From: an uncultured Verrucomicrobiota bacterium
Lineage (GTDB): Bacteria; Verrucomicrobiota; Verrucomicrobiia; Limisphaerales; UBA1100
Length of the DNA stretch: 37,428 nucleotides
Direction: 5' to 3'
Assembly (NCBI GenBank): GCA_964548235.1
Contig: CAZJRV010000001.1
Coordinates: 1 to 37,428 of the forward strand
Positions 1-8,533 of the stretch are shown piece by piece. Under the pieces are notes generated by a model. It was not told the origin of the DNA and made no database searches. It worked only from the letters and a program-made list of their open reading frames with translations. Made by a program: the position numbers and the translations under genes. The stretch's first letter is position 1. Each line of letters begins with the position of its first letter.

Positions 1-1
1 C

Positions 2-268
2 ATTCACCGCCTCATCAATCGCGCGCAGCAGTTGCCCGATTCAGAATGCCCCGAGGTTCACAAGCCGCCGCCTCGAAAACACATTTCCCTCACGCAGAAA
101 AAACGCTTCGGCGAATTGCAAACACGGCGCGATCGCGAGGCGGGCCAACTCAGCATCGACCCCACGTTAATCGCCAGCCGCGCCACGCTGGTTCGGCTCT
201 CGTGCGAGGCGGATGGTGTTTTCGATGAAGTCCTCCCGTGGCAACGCGCCTTGCTCGGCGTCAATTAA
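2..268 (+). CDS. C-terminal fragment (5' end outside the window) of an HRDC-domain protein, probably an RNase D-type 3'-5' exonuclease
   Basis: The frame is open from the window edge to TAA at 266-268. The tail RFGELQTRRDREAGQLSIDPTLIASRATLVRLS resembles the HRDC helical module found at the C-terminus of RNase D/RecQ. Only about 88 aa are visible. Confidence 0.45.
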   Translation: MHRLINRAQQLPDSECPEVHKPPPRKHISLTQKKRFGELQTRRDREAGQLSIDPTLIASRATLVRLSCEADGVFDEVLPWQRALLGVN

Positions 269-1443
269 GGCAGTACTTCCAGCAAGAAACCCTTCAGATA
301 TTCCGTTTCCCGAATCGCCGGCACGATGGGGTGATCCGGCGATTGCGAATAGGTTTCACGCAAACGCAACACCCGCCGCGCATCGGCGGCCGCGCTGAGG
401 ATGGTGTCCAGAAACAAATCGTCATCCACGTGATGTGAGCAGCAAAAGGTGGCCAGCAAACCGCCCGGCGGCAGCATGCGCATTGCGCGCAAATGGATTT
501 CCTTGTAACCTCGCAACGCGTCCGGAACCGAGGCGCGGTTGCGCGTGAAGGAGGGCGGGTCCAAAACAATCACATCAAACTCGCGTGCCTCCTTGCCGGA
601 ATTTTTTTTTAACCAATCAAAAACATTCGCCGATTCAAATCCAGCTTCCAATCCGTTCGCCGCCGCATTTGCGCGCGCTTGGGCCACGGCTTCGTCGGAT
701 TGGTCGAGCCCCAGCACTTCGCTCGCGCCCCCCTTTGCCGCGTGCAGCGCGAACCCGCCTTGAAATGTAAAACAATCGAGCACCCGCTTGCCCGCGCAAT
801 GCGCCGCCACAAGAGTGTGGTTGAGTTGTTGATCGAGGTATCCGCCGGTCTTGTGGCCCTCCAGCAAATCCATCGCGAATGTTAGCCCGCCGAGTTGCGC
901 GTCCACCGGCCCGGGCAGTTCACCGTGGAGGACGCCTTTACTTTGCGGCAAGCCCTCGAATTCGCGCGCACGCACATCATTGCGTTCCACGATGCAGTCG
1001 GGCTCCGCGAAATCCATCAACGCCGCGAGAATCAATTTGCGATGCTGTTCCATCCCTGCCGCGGTGATCTGCAAAGCCAAAGTGTTTTCGTAGCGATCCA
1101 CAATCAACCCGCTCAAGCCATCGGCCTCGGAACTGATGAGGCGCAGCGAAGTCGCTTTCGGCATCACTTGGCGCCGATGGTCGAGGGCCGCTTGAATTTT
1201 TCGCCGCCAAAAAACCGAATCCGGCTCATCCAGCTGATGCGTCATAATTCGCACGGCAATTTTGGATGTGTTGTGCCAAAAACCACGCCCAAGAAAGCGT
1301 TGGCGTTGATCCACCACCTCCACCCACGCGCCATCGGGCGGCGCGGTTTCCGGGCGTTGCAGCGAGCGTTGATAAATCCACGGGTGGCCCGCGCGCACGC
1401 GATTGGCCTCCCCCGCGCGAAGTTGCAGGATGGGATGTTTCAT
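265..1443 (-). CDS. rlmI: Class I SAM-dependent rRNA (cytosine-C5) methyltransferase, RlmI-like (PUA plus methyltransferase)
   Basis: 392-aa ORF with ATG at 1443. N-terminal PUA-like LRAGEANRVRAGHPWIY, a Rossmann SAM-binding stretch VLDCFTFQGGFALHAA, and DVIVLDPPSF (motif IV). Confidence 0.8.
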   Translation of the reverse strand: MKHPILQLRAGEANRVRAGHPWIYQRSLQRPETAPPDGAWVEVVDQRQRFLGRGFWHNTSKIAVRIMTHQLDEPDSVFWRRKIQAALDHRRQVMPKATSLRLISSEADGLSGLIVDRYENTLALQITAAGMEQHRKLILAALMDFAEPDCIVERNDVRAREFEGLPQSKGVLHGELPGPVDAQLGGLTFAMDLLEGHKTGGYLDQQLNHTLVAAHCAGKRVLDCFTFQGGFALHAAKGGASEVLGLDQSDEAVAQARANAAANGLEAGFESANVFDWLKKNSGKEAREFDVIVLDPPSFTRNRASVPDALRGYKEIHLRAMRMLPPGGLLATFCCSHHVDDDLFLDTILSAAADARRVLRLRETYSQSPDHPIVPAIRETEYLKGFLLEVLP

Positions 1444-1472
1444 TTTGTTTGTAGACAGGCTGTTACGCCAAA

Positions 1473-2624
1473 TTAGACCAAATGTTTGTGGGCCTTGCTT
1501 TCGGCCAGTTTGTTAACCAGCTCGCGCACTTTTTGCGCGTCGCGTTTGTGGGCCACCAAGGTGGCGTCGGCGGTTTGCACAATCACGCAATCACGCAGGC
1601 CGACGACGGCGATGGGGGTGCGTTGCTTGGCGGCTCGGGTGTCGAAAATCACGTTGCGCGCGGCGTCGACGTGGATGAAATCGGCGTTGGCGCAGTTGCC
1701 CGCAGCATCGGCTTTGAGATGGCGCGCGAGCGCGGGCAATGCGCCGAGGTCGTCCCAGTCAAAATCGCCATCGGCCACGATGATGTTTTGCGCGTGCTCC
1801 ATGACACCGTAATCGAAGGAAGTTTTTTTTAGGTACGGATAATCTTTTTTTAATGCACGCTTCAACTTGGCGGGATGGGTTGCGATGTGAAACCAATTCT
1901 CGCACGCGGCGTGCAGCGGTTTTTGATGTTTCAGCAGGCTTTCGATAATGGTCGCAAACGAAAACACAAACATCCCGGCGTTCCAGCGATAATCGCCGCT
2001 GTTCACCAATCGCACGGCTTTGTCGAAATGCGGTTTTTCCACAAATCGCTCGGCGCGATGGAAGACGGTTTTGTATGGCTTGCGGCCCGGCACGGCGGGC
2101 AGTGCTTCGCCTGCATGAATGTAGCCGTAACCCGTCTCGGGGCACGTGGGCTGGTTGCCGATGGTGATGATGGCCTGGCCGCGACTGGCGAGGTCAAAAC
2201 TGTCCTCGAGAATACGCTGGAATTTCTTTTCGCCCTTCGGGGAAATCACGTGATCCGATGGCAGCACCGCCATCACGCCGGTGGTGCTGCGCGCTCCCAC
2301 CAACGCGGCGGCCAGTGTGATGGCGGGGCAGGTGTCGCGGCCGCAGGGTTCGGCGATGACGTTGTCCTTGGGCACACGCGGGAGTTGTTTGCGGATGGCG
2401 GCGGCTTGGCTTTCGTTGGTGATGATGAAAATGTTTTTGGCCGGCACCAGCGCTTTTACGCGTTCGAAGGTTTGCTGGAGAAACGATTTTTTGTCGAGCA
2501 ACGCCAGCAGTTGCTTGGGTGTGGCTTCGCGGCTAAGCGGCCAAAAGCGCTCCCCTTTGCCGCCGGCGAGGATGGCGACGAAGCGGTCCTTGGGGTCGAG
2601 TGGTGTTTTCTTTTTTGCAGCCAT
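1473..2624 (-). CDS. manC: Mannose-1-phosphate guanylyltransferase (GDP-mannose pyrophosphorylase) family
   Basis: 383 aa with ATG at 2624. Sugar-nucleotidyltransferase signature ILAGGKGERFWPLSR, and the length and C-terminal region are typical of GMP-type enzymes. Confidence 0.75.
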   Translation of the reverse strand: MAAKKKTPLDPKDRFVAILAGGKGERFWPLSREATPKQLLALLDKKSFLQQTFERVKALVPAKNIFIITNESQAAAIRKQLPRVPKDNVIAEPCGRDTCPAITLAAALVGARSTTGVMAVLPSDHVISPKGEKKFQRILEDSFDLASRGQAIITIGNQPTCPETGYGYIHAGEALPAVPGRKPYKTVFHRAERFVEKPHFDKAVRLVNSGDYRWNAGMFVFSFATIIESLLKHQKPLHAACENWFHIATHPAKLKRALKKDYPYLKKTSFDYGVMEHAQNIIVADGDFDWDDLGALPALARHLKADAAGNCANADFIHVDAARNVIFDTRAAKQRTPIAVVGLRDCVIVQTADATLVAHKRDAQKVRELVNKLAESKAHKHLV

Positions 2625-2626
2625 TT

Positions 2627-3427
2627 TTATTTTTCGCGGATGGCGTCGACGAGTGTTTTTACAAAAGAACCGACGCGCTCGGGCAAATCAGCTTCCGCGC
2701 CGTGCTCGGCGATTTGGTTGACGATTGCGCTGCCCACCACAATGGCATCGCTGCAGGCGGCTACTTGGCGGGCTTGTTCGGGATTGGAAATGCCAAACCC
2801 AACGGCGATGGGCAGTTTGGTGTGTTGGCGGATGACGCCGGTCATTTGCTCGAGATTGGCGGCCACGCTTGATTGCATTCCGGTGACGCCCTCGCGCGAA
2901 ATGTAATAAATAAAGCCGCTGCCGCGCGCGGTGATGGTGGCCACGCGCGCCTCGGGCGTGGTGGGGGCGACCAGCCAAATGCTGCACAAACCGGCGGCGC
3001 GCATTTGGGATTCGTATTCGTCAGCTTCTTCGGGGGGGAGATCCAGCGCGAGAATCCCGTCCACGCCCGCCTCGGCGGCAGCGGCGATGAATTCAGCCAA
3101 GCCGCGCCGGTGGATGAGGTTGTAGTAAATATAAAGGACGATGGGCACTTGCGATTGCTGGCGAATGGCGGCGATGGTTTCGAGCAGCTTGGCGGGGGTG
3201 GTTCCGCTGGCGAGCCCGCGTTGGGCGGAGAGTTGATTGACGAGGCCGTCGGCAAGTGGATCGCTGAAGGGGACGCCCAATTCGAGGATGTCTACGCCGG
3301 CAGCATCGAGCGCCACGGCGAGTTTTTCCGTGGCGGCAAGATCCGGATCGCCCGCGCCGATGTAGGCCACAAAGCCCTTTTGGCCGGCGGCGCGCAGGTC
3401 GGCAAAGCGTTGGTCGATTCGGTTCAT
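2627..3427 (-). CDS. trpA: Tryptophan synthase alpha chain
   Basis: 266 aa. GFVAYIGAGDPDL, ILELGVPFSDPLADG and PIAVGFGIS are classic TrpA TIM-barrel motifs. Confidence 0.9.
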   Translation of the reverse strand: MNRIDQRFADLRAAGQKGFVAYIGAGDPDLAATEKLAVALDAAGVDILELGVPFSDPLADGLVNQLSAQRGLASGTTPAKLLETIAAIRQQSQVPIVLYIYYNLIHRRGLAEFIAAAAEAGVDGILALDLPPEEADEYESQMRAAGLCSIWLVAPTTPEARVATITARGSGFIYYISREGVTGMQSSVAANLEQMTGVIRQHTKLPIAVGFGISNPEQARQVAACSDAIVVGSAIVNQIAEHGAEADLPERVGSFVKTLVDAIREK

Positions 3428-3439
3428 CCGCGCGGGAGC

Positions 3440-4186
3440 TTAACAACTCGCGTGGCGGGAAGCGAGCCGAAGCCCCTCGAGCGTGAGCAAGGGGCGCACG
3501 GCGGTAATCTCTTGGCACTGCCGCGCTATGAGCCGCGCCCCACCGCCGGTGGCCACCACGGGCAGTTTGCGCGCGGCCAACTCGCGGCGCAGTTCGCCGA
3601 TGAGCCCGCTGATGAGCCCGCGATAGCCGTGCACCGCGCCGATGCGCATGGCTTGTTCGGTGGTCTTGCCGATGGCGGTGCGGGTGTCGCGGATTTCAAT
3701 GCGCGGAAGCAGGGCGGTTTTTTCGTGCAAATAATCCGTCATCGCCGAAAGCCCCGGCGCGATGATGCCGCCGATGTAACGGCCTTGGGCGTCGACAATA
3801 TCAAACGTCACCGCCGTGCCGAAATCAACAATCACCACCGGCGCGCCAAAATATTCAACTCCCGCGCGCGCATTGGCGAGTCGGTCGGGGCCGATGCTGG
3901 CAGGTTTGGGGTAATCCACTTCGAGTCCGCAATTCCGATGAGTGATGATTTCGGTTTTCAATCCCAACTCGTCCAAAATTTTTCGTGCCGCGCGCGTGGC
4001 GGCGGGCACCACGCTGCAGAGGGTGGCGATGGTCACGGCGTGTTTTCCGGTGAATCGCCGCAGCCACTTTTTTGCGCGCGCGCTTTGCCAATCTTCGGTG
4101 GGGAAAATATCGTGCGGCGCAATGCGTTTGCCACGTGCGAGTCCCGCGTGGGTGTGGGTATTGCCGATGTCAAGCAGAAGATTCAT
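3440..4186 (-). CDS. coaX: Type III pantothenate kinase (Baf/CoaX family)
   Basis: 248 aa. LLLDIGNTHTH phosphate-1 motif and VIVDFGTAVTFD. Sits immediately next to birA, a common arrangement. Confidence 0.85.
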   Translation of the reverse strand: MNLLLDIGNTHTHAGLARGKRIAPHDIFPTEDWQSARAKKWLRRFTGKHAVTIATLCSVVPAATRAARKILDELGLKTEIITHRNCGLEVDYPKPASIGPDRLANARAGVEYFGAPVVIVDFGTAVTFDIVDAQGRYIGGIIAPGLSAMTDYLHEKTALLPRIEIRDTRTAIGKTTEQAMRIGAVHGYRGLISGLIGELRRELAARKLPVVATGGGARLIARQCQEITAVRPLLTLEGLRLASRHASC

Positions 4187-4190
4187 TTCG

Positions 4191-5168
4191 TTATTTCGCG
4201 AGCGTGACTTCGCCGCCGATAATGCGCTCGATGCGGCCGTGTTCGGTGCGCAGCAGCAACGCGCCGTTTTCGTCCAGCGCCTCGGCGCGGCCGCGCACGC
4301 GGCGGGTGCCCATTTCGATGGTGGCCAGCTTGCCCAACGTGGTGCAATGGTCGGCCCATTCCTCGGCCACGGCGGCGAATTGGCCGGCGAGGATGCGCGC
4401 GTATTCGCGGTCGAGCTCGCGCAGCACCGCTTCAGCGAGATCCGCGCGTGAAACGGATTTGCCCGTGGCCAACTTGAGCGAGGTGGCGATGCCGCGAATG
4501 TCGGCGGGGAATTCGCTGGCGGTTTGGTTTACATCAATGCCGATGCCGAGAATGACCGAGCGCACGTGTTCCAGTTCGGCGCTCATTTCGGTGAGGATGC
4601 CCGCGATTTTTTTACCTTTAATTAGTAGGTCATTGGGCCACTTGATTTCCGGCGTAATACCGGTGGTCGATTGGATGGCCCGCACCAACGCATTGGCCGA
4701 GGCGGCGGTGAGTTGGGTGCATTCGGAGGGGGCGAGGCTGGGGCGCAGCAGCACGGAAAACCACAGGCCGCGTCCGGCGGGGGAGGACCAGCGCCGCCCC
4801 ATTCGGCCGCGTCCGGCGGATTGGCTTTCGGCAAAAATCACGAGGCCCTCGGGATGTCCCTCGAGGGCGGCGCGACTGGCCTCGTCGTTGGTGGAAGTGG
4901 TGTGTGGAAGTACCCGGATGGGGTTGCCAATCACCTGATTCGTGGGAATGCGTGATTGGAGGTCTGCCGCCAACAGGATGTTGGGGGTGGATAAAAGCTG
5001 ATAACCGCGATGTGGACTGGCGACGATTTCAAATCCCGCCAAGCGCAGGGATTCGATTTGGGACCAAATCGCGGCGCGCGTGACCCCGAGTTGTTGGCAT
5101 AAATCCGTGCCGGCCACGCCATCAGGATGAGCGCGCAGTGCAGTGAGCAATTGAGCTGCCGGGGTCAT
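4191..5168 (-). CDS. birA: Bifunctional biotin-[acetyl-CoA-carboxylase] ligase / biotin operon repressor
   Basis: 325 aa. N-terminal winged HTH (GTDLCQQLGVTRAAIWSQIESLRLAGFEI) and the ligase signature GRGRMGRRWSSPAG. The ATG overlaps the nadC stop (ATGA). Confidence 0.85.
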   Translation of the reverse strand: MTPAAQLLTALRAHPDGVAGTDLCQQLGVTRAAIWSQIESLRLAGFEIVASPHRGYQLLSTPNILLAADLQSRIPTNQVIGNPIRVLPHTTSTNDEASRAALEGHPEGLVIFAESQSAGRGRMGRRWSSPAGRGLWFSVLLRPSLAPSECTQLTAASANALVRAIQSTTGITPEIKWPNDLLIKGKKIAGILTEMSAELEHVRSVILGIGIDVNQTASEFPADIRGIATSLKLATGKSVSRADLAEAVLRELDREYARILAGQFAAVAEEWADHCTTLGKLATIEMGTRRVRGRAEALDENGALLLRTEHGRIERIIGGEVTLAK

Positions 5169-6019
5169 AGTGCGGGGGAAAAATCCAGCGCAATATCCAC
5201 CGCCACCGCCGAATGGGTGAGCGCGCCGACGGAGATGTAGTTCACCCCGGTTTCTGCAACGTCGCGAATATTGGCAAGCGTGATGCCGCCGCTGGCCTCA
5301 ATTTGGCAACGGCCATCGATGAGTGCCACGGCTTCACGCAAGAGTTTCGGCGGCATATTATCGAGCAGGATGATATCTGCGCCTGCTTTCGCGGCGGCTT
5401 CGGCCTGTTCGAGGGTGTCAGCTTCCACCTCTACTTTCAACCCGGGCGCGGCTTCGTGTGCGCGTGCCACAGCGCCGGCCACGGGGTGGGGGTTGGGAAG
5501 GGCGGCGAGATGGTTGTCCTTGATCATGATCAGGCTATCGAGCCCACGCCGATGGTTGCGTGCGCCACCGCATTGCACCGCGTATTTTTCAAAAACACGC
5601 ATGCCGGGCGTCGTCTTGCGTGTGTCCAATATCAACACGCCGGTTCCACGCACAGCTTCCACATATCGCGCCGCCTGCGTGGCAATGCCGGAAAGTCTTT
5701 GGAGATAGTTGAGAGCCGTTCGCTCCGCCGTCAGCAATGCCCGGCAGGGTGCCTCGATTTCAAGCAACGGCTCGCCCTCAGCGAGTTCATGGCTGTCTTC
5801 ACTTTCGTTATGGAAAACGGATTCGGCGGACATTTGCCTAAACGCTTCCATCGCCAACGGGAGGCCGCACAGGGTCAGCGGCTCGCGTGCATTGATCGTA
5901 GCGCGCCCCATCGCCTCGGCGGACAGCAGGGCATTGGTGGTCACATCGCCCTCGCCAATATCCTCGGCAAGGGCGCGTTGCACGTGTTGCTGGATTAGTT
6001 GCTGGTTTAACGCGGCCAC
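5165..6019 (-). CDS. nadC: Nicotinate-nucleotide pyrophosphorylase (quinolinate phosphoribosyltransferase)
   Basis: RALAEDIGEGDVTT, the DTRKTTPG motif and IMIKDNH are typical of NadC. The start is uncertain. The ORF stays open up to ATG 6142, but that would overlap the divergent msrP start, so I prefer GTG 6019, which gives ~284 aa (normal NadC length). Confidence 0.8.
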   Translation of the reverse strand: MAALNQQLIQQHVQRALAEDIGEGDVTTNALLSAEAMGRATINAREPLTLCGLPLAMEAFRQMSAESVFHNESEDSHELAEGEPLLEIEAPCRALLTAERTALNYLQRLSGIATQAARYVEAVRGTGVLILDTRKTTPGMRVFEKYAVQCGGARNHRRGLDSLIMIKDNHLAALPNPHPVAGAVARAHEAAPGLKVEVEADTLEQAEAAAKAGADIILLDNMPPKLLREAVALIDGRCQIEASGGITLANIRDVAETGVNYISVGALTHSAVAVDIALDFSPAL

Positions 6020-6128
6020 GGGCCATTCTTGAGGCGCGCCGTGCGATGTGGCAAACCGTTTTCCTGTTTCCGGTCTTTTGAAGCGAAAAAAGGTATCTTT
6101 TTGGGCCCTGTTGTGGCACATTGGGTTC

Positions 6129-7082
6129 ATGGCAAACGTCATTATTCGACCCGACTGGCATTTGCCAGAATCCGCTGCGACACCGGAATCAGTCTATCAC
6201 AATCGCCGACAGTTTCTCAAAAAATTCGGCATGGGCGTTGGTTTGGGTGCCAGCTTTCTGGCGACCGATGCCTCAGCGGCAGCGGCCACGGCGGCACAAA
6301 ATCTCAAACGCTATCCCGGCAAACGAAACGCCAAGTATAACCCCAATTTCCGTCCCACCCCCGAGCCATGGGGGAAGGGCTACAATAATTATTACGAATT
6401 TTCCACGGACAAATTTCAGGTACAACGATTGGTCGGCGCCTTTCGCACGGAGCCCTGGCCGCTTACCGTCGGCGGTTTGTGCAAAAAGCCCTTTAAGATG
6501 GACGCACAGGATTTGGTGGCGAAATTCGGCATAGAAGAACGAGTGTATCGCTTCCGCTGCGTGGAAGGATGGGGGATGATTCTGCCTTGGTCGGGTTTCA
6601 CCCTGCGTCGGCTGATTGAGCTAGCGGAGCCCACGCGCGATGCGCGCTTTGTGAAATTCACCACTGCAATGATTCCGCACCAGATGCCCGGCATCGCGCG
6701 CTTGCCGCAATATCCATGGCCATACACCGAGGGCCTGCGAATTGCCGAGGCGATGCACGATCTCACCTTTGTAGCAACCGGCATTTATGGGAAACCCCTG
6801 CCCAAGCAAAATGGTGCCCCCATCCGCTTGGTGGTCCCATGGAAATACGGATATAAAAGTATTAAAAGTATTGTAAAAATAGAATTTGTTCGAAACCAGC
6901 CCAAGACTCTTTGGAACACCCTCTCGGCGGTGGAATATCCCTTTGAGTCAAACGTGGATCCCGCAGTGCCGCATCCGCGTTGGAGCCAGGCCAGTGAAGA
7001 AATGAAGGGAATGAACGGCCTGCGCGTGCGCACCATAAAATATAACGGCTATCGCGAGGTGGTTGGGTTATACCGGCGCTAA
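6129..7082 (+). CDS. msrP: Protein-methionine-sulfoxide reductase catalytic subunit MsrP (YedY-type molybdopterin oxidoreductase), Tat-exported
   Basis: Tat-like N-terminus NRRQFLKKFGMGVGLGASFLA. YNNYYEF, YRFRCVEGWGMILPWSGF, NGAPIRLVVPWKYGYKSIKSI and HPRWSQ closely follow the E. coli MsrP pattern. The ATG at 6129 fits the homologue N-terminus better than the upstream GTG at 6048. Confidence 0.85.
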   Translation: MANVIIRPDWHLPESAATPESVYHNRRQFLKKFGMGVGLGASFLATDASAAAATAAQNLKRYPGKRNAKYNPNFRPTPEPWGKGYNNYYEFSTDKFQVQRLVGAFRTEPWPLTVGGLCKKPFKMDAQDLVAKFGIEERVYRFRCVEGWGMILPWSGFTLRRLIELAEPTRDARFVKFTTAMIPHQMPGIARLPQYPWPYTEGLRIAEAMHDLTFVATGIYGKPLPKQNGAPIRLVVPWKYGYKSIKSIVKIEFVRNQPKTLWNTLSAVEYPFESNVDPAVPHPRWSQASEEMKGMNGLRVRTIKYNGYREVVGLYRR

Positions 7083-7083
7083 C

Positions 7084-8502
7084 ATGGCGCTGCCAATCAT
7101 CTCTGTGTCCGCAATGCGCGAGTGGGAGGAGCGCACATGGGCTGCGGGTATCGCCCCGAAGGCAGTGATGCAGCAAGCAGGCAAGGCGGTCTCAAATCGT
7201 GCGGCTGAATTGGTGGATCATTCAAACCCTCGAATTCTTTTTCTAATCGGCAAAGGCAACAATGGCGGTGACACGCGTATTGCCGCGGGGGCGTTCGAGA
7301 GTGAAAGCATTCAGTTGCTGGAAATAAAAGACGGCACAGAAACATTGCCGGATTTCTCCGGCGTGGAGTTGGTGGTGGACGGCTTGTTTGGCATCGGGTT
7401 GAACCGGGAATTGTCGGACGATTGGTGCGAGTTGATCGCTCATCTAAATCAAGTCACACAGGAATTGCGCATCCCGGTGTTTGCGGTGGATGTGCCTTCC
7501 GGTTTGGATGCGGATTCTGGTCTGCCACTCGGCGCTGCGGTGAGTGCCGATGTTACATTAACTTTTGGGGCGCCTAAAACCGGGTTGATCCATGATTGTG
7601 CCGCAGAATTTGTCGGCGGCCTGGAAGTGGCTGCGGATATTGGCCTGCACGATGATGCGCCGCCTCTGGGTGAACTGCGTTGGGTGGAGGGAAACGATTT
7701 TAAACGATTCATTCCCAAACGTGTTGCCAATGCGCATAAGGGGAGTTTCGGTCATGTGGGGATCATTGCGGGTTCCACCGGGTACCATGGGGCAGCAGTG
7801 ATGGCGGCGCGCGCGGCTGCCTTCTCGGGGGCAGGGAAAGTGAGTGTGTTCACCACTGCGTATTTGCCGGTGGCGGCTCAATTGCAATCGGCAATGGTAC
7901 ACCCGTGGGACGCCAATGTGATTCACACCTTAAGCGCCTGCACCGCGGTGGTGATTGGGCCGGGACTGGCGGGGCCGGATGTGCCGGAGAGTTTGCGCCA
8001 GGTGGCGATCAATCTTTGGCGCGAGTCGGAAAATCCAATCGTGGTGGATGCCAGCGCGCTGGAGTGGATTGCCAATGAAACCATCCCGGAAAACGCAGTG
8101 CGTGTGGTGACTCCGCATCCCGGCGAAGCGGCAAGGATGCTCGAAACCACACCTGGCAACATTCAATCCGATCGCTTGCAGGCCATGCGAAAAGTATCCG
8201 CCATCTGTGGCGGAGCCATCACCGTACTCAAGGGTCGGCATACATTGATTGGTTCGTTCGAGGGGCCGGCGCACGTCAACGGGAGCGGCAATCCGCGATT
8301 GGCGCAGGGCGGCAGCGGGGATGTGCTGGCGGGGTATTTGGGCGGATGGCTTGCGCGCAAGGATCTGGAAGCCGCCCCGGAAGCGATCTGCGCCCAAGCC
8401 GTCTGGCGGCATGGACAGGCCGCAGATGATCTATCCGACTTGCATCACGCCTGGGATCTTGAATCTTTCCTTCTGGTTTTGGAAAGAGATTTTGATTGCT
8501 GA
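7084..8502 (+). CDS. nnr: Bifunctional NAD(P)H-hydrate repair enzyme (NAD(P)HX epimerase / ADP-dependent dehydratase)
   Basis: YjeF_N part (ILFLIGKGNNGGDTRIAAG) followed by the carbohydrate-kinase-like part (HKGSFGHVGIIAGS, TPHPGEAARML, GGSGDVLAG). The ATG is 2 nt after the msrP stop. Confidence 0.85.
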   Translation: MALPIISVSAMREWEERTWAAGIAPKAVMQQAGKAVSNRAAELVDHSNPRILFLIGKGNNGGDTRIAAGAFESESIQLLEIKDGTETLPDFSGVELVVDGLFGIGLNRELSDDWCELIAHLNQVTQELRIPVFAVDVPSGLDADSGLPLGAAVSADVTLTFGAPKTGLIHDCAAEFVGGLEVAADIGLHDDAPPLGELRWVEGNDFKRFIPKRVANAHKGSFGHVGIIAGSTGYHGAAVMAARAAAFSGAGKVSVFTTAYLPVAAQLQSAMVHPWDANVIHTLSACTAVVIGPGLAGPDVPESLRQVAINLWRESENPIVVDASALEWIANETIPENAVRVVTPHPGEAARMLETTPGNIQSDRLQAMRKVSAICGGAITVLKGRHTLIGSFEGPAHVNGSGNPRLAQGGSGDVLAGYLGGWLARKDLEAAPEAICAQAVWRHGQAADDLSDLHHAWDLESFLLVLERDFDC

Positions 8503-8533
8503 ATCCAGAATTCTGAGGCACGCTGGGCGAGGA

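Noticed and set aside
602-610. T9 homopolymer inside rlmI (A9 on the coding strand, encoding KKN). Similar T8 and T7 runs occur at 1823-1830 and 1845-1851 inside manC.
   Set aside because: They simply encode Lys-Lys dipeptides in intact reading frames. There is no frameshift and nothing in the gene functions to suggest phase variation.
2627-3427. trpA is not adjacent to trpB; it sits between coaX and manC.
   Set aside because: Split trp operons are common in many phyla. Nothing in the sequence suggests a changed function, and all TrpA motifs are intact.
2873-4207. Very long antisense or alternate-frame ORFs. Examples: 2873-4207 (+, 444 aa), 22675-23598 (-, 307 aa), 35431-36378 (+, 315 aa), 27480-28343 (-, 287 aa), 24765-25577 (-, 270 aa), 5213-5998 (+, 261 aa) and 1875-2906 (+, 343 aa).
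   Set aside because: Each lies entirely opposite or out of frame to a gene with unmistakable family motifs (trpA/coaX, proS, the aminotransferase, secDF, tgt, nadC, manC). Their translations are Arg/Gly/Ala/His-rich low-complexity sequence of the kind produced by stop-poor shadow frames in GC-rich DNA. They contain no recognisable motifs.
6020-6142. Possible longer nadC (ATG 6142 or 6130) overlapping the divergent msrP start head-to-head.
   Set aside because: The extra 41 aa (MTFAMNPMCHNRAQKDTFFRF...) have no counterpart in NadC proteins and would remove all promoter space for both divergent genes. GTG 6019 gives a normal-length NadC. This remains a start-codon ambiguity rather than a finding.
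8249-8533. A 95-aa N-terminal extension of the 8249-9796 ORF that overlaps the 3' end of nnr.
   Set aside because: The extension is out of frame with a well-supported nnr C-terminus (GGSGDVLAG region) and is Arg/Gly-rich. A signal-peptide-like segment begins only after 8534, so the upstream part is most likely a chance open frame.
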